NCBI GenBank assembly: GCA_031294825.1
Contig: JAUMPM010000067.1
Span: forward strand, 24,201-88,200
DNA: 64,000 nt
Direction: 5' to 3'
Source of the DNA: Collinsella sp.
Lineage (GTDB): Bacteria > Actinomycetota > Coriobacteriia > Coriobacteriales > Coriobacteriaceae
Part shown: positions 19,712 through 27,936 of the stretch, one piece after another
How positions within the stretch are numbered: the stretch's first letter is position 1
How the letters are laid out: every line of letters starts with the position of its first letter
The notes under the pieces: generated by a model
Database searches by the model: none
The model's input: only the letters and a program-made list of their open reading frames with translations
Told to the model about the DNA's origin: nothing
Translations under genes and position numbers: made by a program

Positions 19712-20965
19712 TTAATCGTTGAAGCGGGATTGGCGGCCGAAGGAAAGGGCGGTGTCGCCGAATTTGTCTCGGACGGCGTCGATGGCGACGGAGAGGTCGC
19801 GGCGGTCGCTGGATTGGGCTCCGCGGTCATCGATCTCGCAGAACAGGTCAGTCTGGATGCCGCCTTGGTGGTCGAAGTCGCTCATGCCGATGCCCGCTAA
19901 GCGAACATGCATGCCATCCTGCCAGATGTTGTCGAGCAGTTCGAGTGCAACCGCCACGAAGATGTTCTCATCGTCGGTCGGATGAGGCAGCCGGCGCTGT
20001 GCCGTACGCCCGCTGCCATACGAATACTTAAGCTTGAGCGTTACCGTGGCACCCGTCAGCCCCTGACGGCGCAGGCGGCGTCCCACTGACTCTCCCAACA
20101 GCGCAATCGCCGCCTCAATATCCCCACGCTCAGTTAAATCTTTAGCAAAGGTGCGTTCATTGCTGACCGACTTGACCTCGCGCTCTTCATCGAGGCTCGT
20201 GACTTCGGAGATTTCGAGTCCCAGCGCACGCTGGCGCATGCGTTCGCCGTTCACGCCAAAAATGGCAGCCAGCGTGGACTCCGGCGCACGCGAAAGCTCG
20301 CCGAGGGTGTAGATGCGCATGCGGCGCAGTCGCTCCTCGGCCGAGCGCCCGATGCCGCTCATGGCAGATACCGGCAACGCGGCCAAAAAGCGCTGCTCGG
20401 TTCCGGGGCGCACGATGGTCAGCCCAAACGGCTTATCCCGCTCGCTTGCGATCTTTGCGACCGTCTTGTTGCAGCCCACGCCAATGGAACAGGTCACTCC
20501 CAGCCCTGCCACGCGGTCGCTTATACGCCGCGCAACCAGCAACGGGTCTTCGGGCGCAAAGCGGCCCGGTGTGATATCGATAAAGGCTTCGTCGATGGAT
20601 ACGCGCTCCACGCGCGGCGTCTCCTCGGCAAGAATCGCCATGACCTGCGCGCTCACCTCACGATAGCGATCAAAATGCCCATGCGTCCAAATGGCCTGCG
20701 GGCACAGGCGCCTTGCCTCGGCCGAGGGCATGGCAGAGTGCACGCCAAAGCGACGTGCCTCATACGAACACGTGGACACGACGCCACGCGAATCGGCGTC
20801 TCCGCCCACGATGAGCGGCTTTCCTCGCCATTCGGGATGATCGAGCATTTCCACGCTCGCAAAAAACGCATCGAGGTCCATGAGTCCCACCGCCGGACCC
20901 GTCCAGGGAGGCGGCGTGACGCCCATGGCATCCTCATAACCGTATGTATGTTCGCGTCTTTCCAT
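19712..20965 (-). CDS. dinB: DNA polymerase IV (Y-family translesion polymerase)
   Basis: LMDLDAFFASVE catalytic motif, SIDEAFIDIT, GIGVGCNKTVAKIAS, GIGRSAEERL. Exact start is uncertain because there are several in-frame Met. Confidence 0.92.
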   Translation of the reverse strand: MERREHTYGYEDAMGVTPPPWTGPAVGLMDLDAFFASVEMLDHPEWRGKPLIVGGDADSRGVVSTCSYEARRFGVHSAMPSAEARRLCPQAIWTHGHFDRYREVSAQVMAILAEETPRVERVSIDEAFIDITPGRFAPEDPLLVARRISDRVAGLGVTCSIGVGCNKTVAKIASERDKPFGLTIVRPGTEQRFLAALPVSAMSGIGRSAEERLRRMRIYTLGELSRAPESTLAAIFGVNGERMRQRALGLEISEVTSLDEEREVKSVSNERTFAKDLTERGDIEAAIALLGESVGRRLRRQGLTGATVTLKLKYSYGSGRTAQRRLPHPTDDENIFVAVALELLDNIWQDGMHVRLAGIGMSDFDHQGGIQTDLFCEIDDRGAQSSDRRDLSVAIDAVRDKFGDTALSFGRQSRFND

Positions 20966-21081
20966 GTCATGAGTATACCGCGCAGCTCATGTGGGGTGCG
21001 TGTATGTGCTTGCAAATCCCGAATTCTTGTCTAAGATATGGATTTGCCCTCGACTACACCGAAGAAGTTGGTCTCACGGAC

Positions 21082-21110
21082 TTCACCTGCCCGCGTCGAT
21101 GGCGTATTAT
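21082..21110 (+). promoter_or_regulatory. Candidate promoter of the rpsP operon
   Basis: TTCACC, 17-nt spacer, TATTAT, about 57 nt upstream of the rpsP start. Confidence 0.4.
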
Positions 21111-21166
21111 GTTCAACTGTTTGTTTGTAGTTGCAGCCTAAAGCTGCTTGGTTGGAGGAGTTTCCT

Positions 21167-21508
21167 TTGGCAGTCAAGATTCGCCTTGCTCGTCACGGCG
21201 CTAAGAAGCGTCCGTACTACCGTGTCGTCGTCGCCGATTCCCGCGCCCCGCGTGACGGTCGTATCATCGAGGAGGTTGGCCGCTACAACCCGATGACCGC
21301 CCCCAAGACCATCAACCTCGACCTCGAGAAGATAGCCGACTGGCAGTCCAAGGGCGCTCAGCTCACCGACGCCGTCGCCGCTCTGGTCAAGGCCGCCAAC
21401 GAGGGCGAGAAGACCGAGACCGTCGTCAAGAAGTCCAAGAAGCAGCTCGCCAAAGAGGCCGAGGCCGCTAAGGCTGCCGCTGAGGCCGCTGAGGGCGCCG
21501 AGGAGTAA
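21167..21508 (+). CDS. rpsP: 30S ribosomal protein S16 with Ala/Lys/Glu-rich C-terminal extension
   Basis: TTG start gives (M)[25 protein letters not shown], the canonical N-terminus; GGAGGAG lies 6 nt upstream. Confidence 0.95.
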   Translation: MAVKIRLARHGAKKRPYYRVVVADSRAPRDGRIIEEVGRYNPMTAPKTINLDLEKIADWQSKGAQLTDAVAALVKAANEGEKTETVVKKSKKQLAKEAEAAKAAAEAAEGAEE

Positions 21509-21550
21509 ATCGTGCCTGAGGTTGACGCTGCACAGCTCGAGGGTGAGGCA

Positions 21551-21796
21551 ATGCTCTCAGATCGCATCGCCGATCTCGTCGAATATCTCGTTGTTCAGAT
21601 CGTCGACGACCCGGATTCCGTGAGCCTTGAGGTCATCGATGGTGACGACGCCTCTACGATTGAGGTTTCGGTCGCCGAGGATGACGTCGCTAAGGTCATC
21701 GGCCGTCGTGGCCGTACCATCAAGGCCATTCGCACGCTCGCCCGTGCACTGGCCGCTCGCCTCGACACTGCTGTCGAGGTAGAGGTTCTGGGCTAG
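21551..21796 (+). CDS. KH-domain RNA-binding protein (YlqC/UPF0109 type)
   Basis: VIGRRGRTIKAIRTLA GxxG KH motif; conserved position between rpsP and rimM. GTG at 21512 is an alternative start. Confidence 0.88.
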   Translation: MLSDRIADLVEYLVVQIVDDPDSVSLEVIDGDDASTIEVSVAEDDVAKVIGRRGRTIKAIRTLARALAARLDTAVEVEVLG

Positions 21797-21800
21797 GACC

Positions 21801-22322
21801 TTGAGGTCCCAGTACAAAAACATCGCCCGTGTGGTCAAGCCGCACGGAAGGAAGGGGGAGGTCCTCGCGCAGCCGCTGCGGGGGCTTCCTTCTGTATTAG
21901 AGCCGGGTATGCGCGTCGCCCTGACGCCGCCGGCGCTCAAGCGCGACCGCTTTTGCACGGTCGTGTCCGTCACCGATACGGGCGATGGCGATCTGGTCTC
22001 GTTTGAGGGCATTGACGACTTGACGGCCGCCGAGGGCATCACGGGATGCTACGTGCTGGCAAATCGTGACGATTTTGAGCTCGATTCGCTCGACGCTGCC
22101 TATACCGACCTGATGGGTCGCGAGGTGGTCGACGAGCGCTTCGGTTTGCTCGGCACGATCGTAGAGATCATGTCGACGCCCGCTAACGATGTTTGGGTTG
22201 TCGAGGGCGATCGGTACGGCGAGGTGCTGATTCCCGTGATCGAGCAGGTTGTGCTCGATCTTCCCGATCAGGGGACAATTTCCGTCCACGTTATGGACGG
22301 TTTGATTGATATGGACAAGTAG
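21801..22322 (+). CDS. rimM: 16S rRNA processing protein RimM
   Basis: VVKPHGRKGEV N-terminus, PRC-barrel C-terminus, synteny. Confidence 0.9.
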   Translation: MRSQYKNIARVVKPHGRKGEVLAQPLRGLPSVLEPGMRVALTPPALKRDRFCTVVSVTDTGDGDLVSFEGIDDLTAAEGITGCYVLANRDDFELDSLDAAYTDLMGREVVDERFGLLGTIVEIMSTPANDVWVVEGDRYGEVLIPVIEQVVLDLPDQGTISVHVMDGLIDMDK

Positions 22323-22332
22323 GGAGGACAAC

Positions 22333-23091
22333 ATGCTGATTGAGACCCTTTCGGTCTTTCCCGAGATGTTTGAGCCCGTCATGTCCACATCGATCTTGGG
22401 CCGCGCCCGCAAGGCCGGCCTTTTTGATTTTAAGGCCTATAACCTGCGCGACTGGACTCACGACCGCCATCGTACCGTCGATGACGAGCCGTACGGCGGC
22501 GGGCAGGGCATGCTTATGAAGGTCGAGCCCATCGCCGAGGCCATCGAGGCTATTAGCTCTGAGGGTCCCAAGCCCACCGTGGTGTTCTTTACGCCCTGCG
22601 GCGAACCCTTTACGCAGCATGTGGCCGAGCGCCTGCTCAAAAGCGAGCGCCTGCTGTTTGTATGCAGTCGATACGAGGGCGTCGACGAGCGCGCGTATGC
22701 GTATGCCGATGAGCGTCTGTCGATCGGCGACTACGTGCTCACGGGTGGCGAACTTCCTGCTATGGTCGTTGCCGATGCCGTCGTACGCCTCATTCCCGGC
22801 GCCCTTGGTGACGAGATGAGCAACGTCGATGAGTCGTTCTCGACTGCCGAGGACGGAGGCCTGCTCGAGTACGCGCAGTACACCCGTCCTGCCGAGTTCA
22901 ACGGCGAGGGCGTGCCTCCTGTGCTTGTGAGCGGCGATCACGCCAAGGTCGATGCCTGGCGTCGTAAGAACGCCATCGAGCGCACCTGCCGCTGGCGTCC
23001 CGACCTGATCGAGACTGCGCGGCTCACGCCCGAGGAGCGCGCTTACGCGCAGGAGATTTTGGACGCTTCGTATTCGCAGAGCGAGGAGTGA
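22333..23091 (+). CDS. trmD: tRNA (guanine37-N1)-methyltransferase
   Basis: VFPEMF, DDEPYGGGQGMLMK, SRYEGVDERA, IGDYVLTGGELPAMV motifs; ATG at 22333 follows AGGGAGG. Confidence 0.95.
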   Translation: MLIETLSVFPEMFEPVMSTSILGRARKAGLFDFKAYNLRDWTHDRHRTVDDEPYGGGQGMLMKVEPIAEAIEAISSEGPKPTVVFFTPCGEPFTQHVAERLLKSERLLFVCSRYEGVDERAYAYADERLSIGDYVLTGGELPAMVVADAVVRLIPGALGDEMSNVDESFSTAEDGGLLEYAQYTRPAEFNGEGVPPVLVSGDHAKVDAWRRKNAIERTCRWRPDLIETARLTPEERAYAQEILDASYSQSEE

Positions 23092-23093
23092 GA

Positions 23094-23657
23094 ATGGTTC
23101 CATCGCAGCATTCCGCGTTGAGGGGCGCTTTTGAGTGGATCGCGGTCATCGCGATCGCACTGGTCGCCACCTTCTTGATTCGCTCGTTTGTGGTCGAGCC
23201 CTTTGTGGTGCCCACCGGCTCTATGGAGGACACGATCGAGATTGGCGACCAGATCCTGGCACAAAAGGTGAGCCTCGAGCTCGGTCAGCCCGTCAAGCAG
23301 GGCGATATCGTGGTGTTTCACAACCCCGATGGCACCTCCGAGCATGATGTTCTTGTCAAGCGTGTTATTGCCACGGCCGGCCAGACGGTCGACCTGCAGG
23401 ACGGCAAGGTGGTCGTTGACGGCCAAGCGCTCGATGAGGACTATACGACCGGCATGAGCTGGCCGCTTTCCGTCCAGGCGCCTACTGCCCAGGTGAGCTA
23501 TCCCTACACCGTCCCTGACGACTGTGTGTGGGTGATGGGCGACAACCGCGAGAACTCTGCTGACTCCCGCTACTTTGGCCCGGTCGACCGCTCCGAATTG
23601 ATCGCCGTGGCGCTCGTGCGTTACTGGCCGCTCAACCGTCTGGGCGCTATCGACTAA
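23094..23657 (+). CDS. lepB: Signal peptidase I
   Basis: PTGSMEDTI (catalytic Ser box), KRVIATAGQ (Lys box), GDNRENSADSRYFGPV box E. Confidence 0.92.
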   Translation: MVPSQHSALRGAFEWIAVIAIALVATFLIRSFVVEPFVVPTGSMEDTIEIGDQILAQKVSLELGQPVKQGDIVVFHNPDGTSEHDVLVKRVIATAGQTVDLQDGKVVVDGQALDEDYTTGMSWPLSVQAPTAQVSYPYTVPDDCVWVMGDNRENSADSRYFGPVDRSELIAVALVRYWPLNRLGAID

Positions 23658-23716
23658 AAACCGCTATAGTACAGTACCTAACCGTGTAATCGTTTCGACG
23701 AGGGGATATTAGAGGC

Positions 23717-24628
23717 ATGAACGCTTCATCGCTTTCCTTCCAAGACATCATCCTGCGCCTCCAGCAGTACTGGGGCGAGCAGGGCTGCGTCATTATGCAG
23801 CCCTATGACTCCGAGGTCGGTGCCGGTACCTTCCATACCGCGACCACGCTGCGCTCGCTCGGTCCCGCCGAGTGGCGCACCTGCTATGCGCAGCCTTGCC
23901 GCCGTCCCGCCGACGGCCGCTACGGCGAGAACCCCAACCGCATGCAGCACTACTATCAGCTCCAGGTGCTCATCAAGCCCTCACCGGTCAACGCCCAGGA
24001 GCTTTACCTGGGGTCTCTTGCCGCTATCGGTCTGGACCCCAACAACCATGACGTCCGCTTTGTCGAGGATGACTGGGAGAGCCCGACCCTTGGCGCCTGG
24101 GGCCTTGGCTGGGAGGTTTGGCTCAATGGCATGGAGGTCACGCAGTTTACGTACTTCCAGCAGGTGGGCGGCATCGAGGTCGACCCCGTGCCCGTTGAGA
24201 TCACCTATGGCCTGGAGCGTATCGCCATGTATGCGCAGGGCGTCAACTCGGTCTACGACCTGGTGTGGAGCTACCTGCCCGACGGCACGCCCATGACCTA
24301 CGGCGACGTGTTCCTCGAGAACGAGCGCGAGTTCAGTGCCTATAACTTTGAGGTCGCCAACGTCGAGATGATGCGTCAGAAGTTTGACGACTACGAGGCC
24401 GAGTGCCATTCCTGCCTGGAGCGAAAGCTGCCGCTGCCGGCATATGACTGTGTCATGAAGTGCAGCCACGCTTTCAACCTGCTCGATGCCCGTGGCGCGC
24501 TGTCCGCGGTCGAGCGTGCCAACTACATCCTGCGCGTCCGCGCCGTCGCCAAGGCGTGCTGCGAGGCCTATATGGCCGAGGTCGCCGGAGTCAACGAGAA
24601 TGCCGACCAGGAAGGCGAGGTGGCGTAA
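23717..24628 (+). CDS. glyQ: Glycine--tRNA ligase alpha subunit
   Basis: [39 protein letters not shown] canonical GlyQ sequence. Confidence 0.97.
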   Translation: MNASSLSFQDIILRLQQYWGEQGCVIMQPYDSEVGAGTFHTATTLRSLGPAEWRTCYAQPCRRPADGRYGENPNRMQHYYQLQVLIKPSPVNAQELYLGSLAAIGLDPNNHDVRFVEDDWESPTLGAWGLGWEVWLNGMEVTQFTYFQQVGGIEVDPVPVEITYGLERIAMYAQGVNSVYDLVWSYLPDGTPMTYGDVFLENEREFSAYNFEVANVEMMRQKFDDYEAECHSCLERKLPLPAYDCVMKCSHAFNLLDARGALSAVERANYILRVRAVAKACCEAYMAEVAGVNENADQEGEVA

Positions 24629-24631
24629 GCC

Positions 24632-26728
24632 ATGGCAGACGCTAAGGATTTCCTGTTTGAGATCGGTACGGAGGAAATGCCCTCTGCACCGCTGAATAAT
24701 GCCGTCAAGCAGCTTGGCACCATGATCGCCAAGGGTCTCGACGAGGCCGGTCTGGCCCACGGCGAGGTCCGCGTGATCTCGAGCCCGCGTCGTCTGGCTG
24801 CGCTCGTGGCCAACGTCGCCATCGCGACCGATGAGGTCCATGAGGTCAAGCGCGGTCCCGCGGCAAACATTGCCTTTGATGCCGACGGCAACGCCACCAA
24901 GGCCGCACAGGGCTTCGCTCGCAAGTGCGGTGTGGCTGCCGAGGACCTGGTCCGTCGCGAGGACACCGACGGCCGCGAGTACGTGTTCGCCGAGAAGAAC
25001 ATTCCCTCCGCACCGGCTACGCCGATCCTGACGGCTCTGTGCGAGAAGACCATCGCCGGCCTGCAGTGGCCCAACTACCGCAGCCAGCGCTGGGGCCACG
25101 AGCACGCTACGTTTGTTCGTCCAGTCCGTTGGATTTGCTGCCTTTTGGGCGAGGACGTTGTGCCCGTGTCCTTTGCCGATGTGACGAGTGGCAACACCAC
25201 GCGCGGACATCGCGTTCTGGGCCCCGGTGACCATGTGGTCGCCAGCCCCGCCGTCTACGAGCAGGTGCTCGAGGACGCCGGCGTGCTCTCTGCCGAGCGT
25301 CGTCGCGAGGCCATCCTTGCCGGTATCGCCGAGGTCGAGGCTGCGCGCCCCGGTTGCCATGTCGACACGCCCAAGAAGGTCTTTGAGGAGGTCATTAACC
25401 TCTGCGAGTGGCCGACGGTGCTCGTCGGTACCTTCGATGAGGAGTTCCTCAAGGTCCCGCACGAGATCATCTGCGAGTCCATGCTCACCAACCAGCGCTA
25501 CTTCCCGATCTATGACGGCGAGGGCAAGCTTACGCGTGAGTTCGTGGTCGTTTCCAACAGCAAGCCCGAGAATGCCGAGCGCGTGATTGACGGCAACGAG
25601 CGCGTCGTGCGCGCCCGTCTGGACGACGCCAAGTTCTTCTACGAGGAGGACCTGAAGATCTCCCTCGACGAGTTCCGCGAGCGTCTGGCCAAGGTCGCCT
25701 TCCAGGAGAAGCTCGGTAGCGTGCTCGCCAAGTCCGAGCGTATTGAGCAGCTCGCGCTCGCCATCGCCCGTGAGGCCCATCTGGGCGCCCACCTTGCCGC
25801 CGATGCCGCTCGCGCCGCTCACCTGTGCAAGGCCGACCTGGTATCCAACGCCGTCGTCGAGTTCACGAGCCAGCAGGGCGTGATGGGCGGTTATTATGCC
25901 TCCGCGATGGGGGAGAACGACGAGGTCGCCCACGCCATTCGCGATCATTATCGTCCCCGCTTCGCCGGCGATGAGCTGCCCGAGGGCACCGCTGGCTGCA
26001 TCGTGGCCTGTGCCGACAAGCTCGATACCATCGCCGGTATCTTTGCCATCGGTGAGCCCCCGACCGGCTCGTCCGACCCGTACGCGCTGCGTCGCGCCGC
26101 TATCGGCATCATCAACATCCTGCGCGATCGTCTGTCGATTGACCCCACGTCGCTGATCGACTTCGCCCTTGAGCTCTATAGCGAGCAGGGCATCGAGTTC
26201 GACGCAGCCGAGGTCGCCCAGCAGGTCCGTGACTTCTTCCACGGCCGCCTGGTGAGCATGGCCCGCGACGAGAAGATTCCTGCCGATACCGTCGCCGCCG
26301 TCTCCGCGGTGCACATCATCGCTCCGTCCGTCTTCTTCGCCCGCTGCGCCGCGCTCGACGAGGCCCGCAAGAACGATGCCGAGACCTTCGACAACCTGGC
26401 TACCGCCTATGCCCGCGCCGCGCACATCTCCAAGCCCGAGCTGGGTGCGGAGTACGATCGCAGCCTGATGGGCGTGGTCGAGCTCGCGCTCGCCGACGCC
26501 TCCGAGGCTGCTCAGATCGCCGTCGATGCTGCTCTCGCCGCCGAGGATTACCCGGCCGCATTTGCCGCCCTTGCAGCTCTGCGCGCCCCCATCGACCGCT
26601 TCTTCGACGAGGTTATGGTCATGGACAAGGACGAGCAGCTCCGCGATAATCGCCTTAAGCTGCTCAACCGCTTCGAGGCCGTTTTCTCCGGCATCGCAAA
26701 CATCGGTGAGCTTGCTCGCAAAAAGTAA
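24632..26728 (+). CDS. glyS: Glycine--tRNA ligase beta subunit
   Basis: DFLFEIGTEEMP N-terminus, TNQRYFP, DPYALRRAAIGI motifs; immediately follows glyQ. Confidence 0.95.
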   Translation: MADAKDFLFEIGTEEMPSAPLNNAVKQLGTMIAKGLDEAGLAHGEVRVISSPRRLAALVANVAIATDEVHEVKRGPAANIAFDADGNATKAAQGFARKCGVAAEDLVRREDTDGREYVFAEKNIPSAPATPILTALCEKTIAGLQWPNYRSQRWGHEHATFVRPVRWICCLLGEDVVPVSFADVTSGNTTRGHRVLGPGDHVVASPAVYEQVLEDAGVLSAERRREAILAGIAEVEAARPGCHVDTPKKVFEEVINLCEWPTVLVGTFDEEFLKVPHEIICESMLTNQRYFPIYDGEGKLTREFVVVSNSKPENAERVIDGNERVVRARLDDAKFFYEEDLKISLDEFRERLAKVAFQEKLGSVLAKSERIEQLALAIAREAHLGAHLAADAARAAHLCKADLVSNAVVEFTSQQGVMGGYYASAMGENDEVAHAIRDHYRPRFAGDELPEGTAGCIVACADKLDTIAGIFAIGEPPTGSSDPYALRRAAIGIINILRDRLSIDPTSLIDFALELYSEQGIEFDAAEVAQQVRDFFHGRLVSMARDEKIPADTVAAVSAVHIIAPSVFFARCAALDEARKNDAETFDNLATAYARAAHISKPELGAEYDRSLMGVVELALADASEAAQIAVDAALAAEDYPAAFAALAALRAPIDRFFDEVMVMDKDEQLRDNRLKLLNRFEAVFSGIANIGELARKK

Positions 26729-26762
26729 GCTAGCCTGCGCATAAGCGCAAAAGGAGCCCCGC

Positions 26763-27638
26763 ATGGATTGCCCGGTCACCGCTCGTCCCACCGTTATCGT
26801 TATCTCCGACTCGCTCGGTGATACCGCTTGTGAGGTGGTGCTTGCGGCGTCCGGGCAATTTGATGAAGGGGCTTTTCGTCTCTTGCGCCTGCCCAAGGTG
26901 AACTCGGTGGAGCAGGTCAAGTCGTTTGTGGGACCGCGCGTCGATGCCGACCATCGCGATATCGCCGTGTTCCACACCATCGTCGACCCGGCGCTGCGCG
27001 CTCGCGTGCTCGACTACCTGGGCATGTTGCATATCCGCTCGGTCGACTTGATCGGCCCGACACTCGCCGTGCTTTCGTCGCTCATCGGTGCGTCGCCCAA
27101 GGGCGTTGCAGGCGTGATTCACAAGACCGATGACCGCTATTTCCATCGCATCGAGGCCATGGAGTATTTTGTTGAGCACGACGACGGGCGCGGCTGCGAC
27201 GATCTATCGGGTGCCGATATCGTGCTGCTGGGCGTATCGCGCACGTCCAAGACGCCGCTGTCGATGTATTTGGCCTATCAGGGTTACAAGGTTGCCAATG
27301 TTCCGTTGGCCCATGGCATGGAGCCATCGAAGTCAATTTACGAGGTCGACCCGATGCGGTTGTTTGGCCTGATTTCGACTGTCGATGTGATCTCCGGGAT
27401 TCGCGATAGCCGCTTGGGCGATGATTACACCCGTGCCGTTGCCGGCTCCTATGCCGAGCCCGAGAGCGTACGCAGCGAGCTCGAGGAAGCCCGTGCCCTC
27501 ATGAAGCGCCTGGGCTGTTTTGTGGTGCGCACCGACGGCAAGGCGATCGAGGAGAGCGCCTCCGAGATCATTAGTCACTTGGAGGAAATCCAAGAAGCCC
27601 GTGCCCGCCGCGCCGTCCGCCGAGCCCAGCAAAGCTAA
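26763..27638 (+). CDS. Pyruvate,phosphate dikinase regulatory protein (bifunctional kinase/pyrophosphorylase, DUF299)
   Basis: LLGVSRTSKTPLSMYLAYQGYKVANVPL P-loop-like motif typical of PpsR/PDRP; lies directly upstream of ppdK. Confidence 0.88.
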   Translation: MDCPVTARPTVIVISDSLGDTACEVVLAASGQFDEGAFRLLRLPKVNSVEQVKSFVGPRVDADHRDIAVFHTIVDPALRARVLDYLGMLHIRSVDLIGPTLAVLSSLIGASPKGVAGVIHKTDDRYFHRIEAMEYFVEHDDGRGCDDLSGADIVLLGVSRTSKTPLSMYLAYQGYKVANVPLAHGMEPSKSIYEVDPMRLFGLISTVDVISGIRDSRLGDDYTRAVAGSYAEPESVRSELEEARALMKRLGCFVVRTDGKAIEESASEIISHLEEIQEARARRAVRRAQQS

Positions 27639-27936
27639 CTCATTGAGGTAGCTAAAAATTCACCGTCCTTAAAATACTATCTAAAAATAATGCACGATAT
27701 TGGTAAAGCGATTTAGCAAAGAACTAGCATTTGACCTGCAAGTTTATTGAAGTGGTCTCTTCATAAGGTAACCACCTTTACCTACCGTTTACCGCCAGTT
27801 TTAGCACGTTTACCAAACCGCGCATCCTCTGCTCAAGCCTGCCCAAAACGCGCCGTATAGTTCCCTCACGGCCCGCATCCGGTGGGTCGATTCGTTACCA
27901 CGGTCGTGCGCGTTAGTGCATGGAAGGGGAAGTATC

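Noticed and set aside
20941-20956. LexA-box-like half-site (CGAACATAC on the minus strand) at the beginning of dinB.
   Set aside because: Only one CGAAC half-site is present, the second half (GTTCG) is missing, and it lies inside the dinB coding sequence. I see no convincing SOS box in 20966-21130.
23658-23716. Looked for T-box riboswitch leaders upstream of glyQ and proS.
   Set aside because: The spacers are only 59 nt (glyQ) and 0 nt (proS follows ispG directly), far too short for a T-box. No specifier or T-box consensus was seen.
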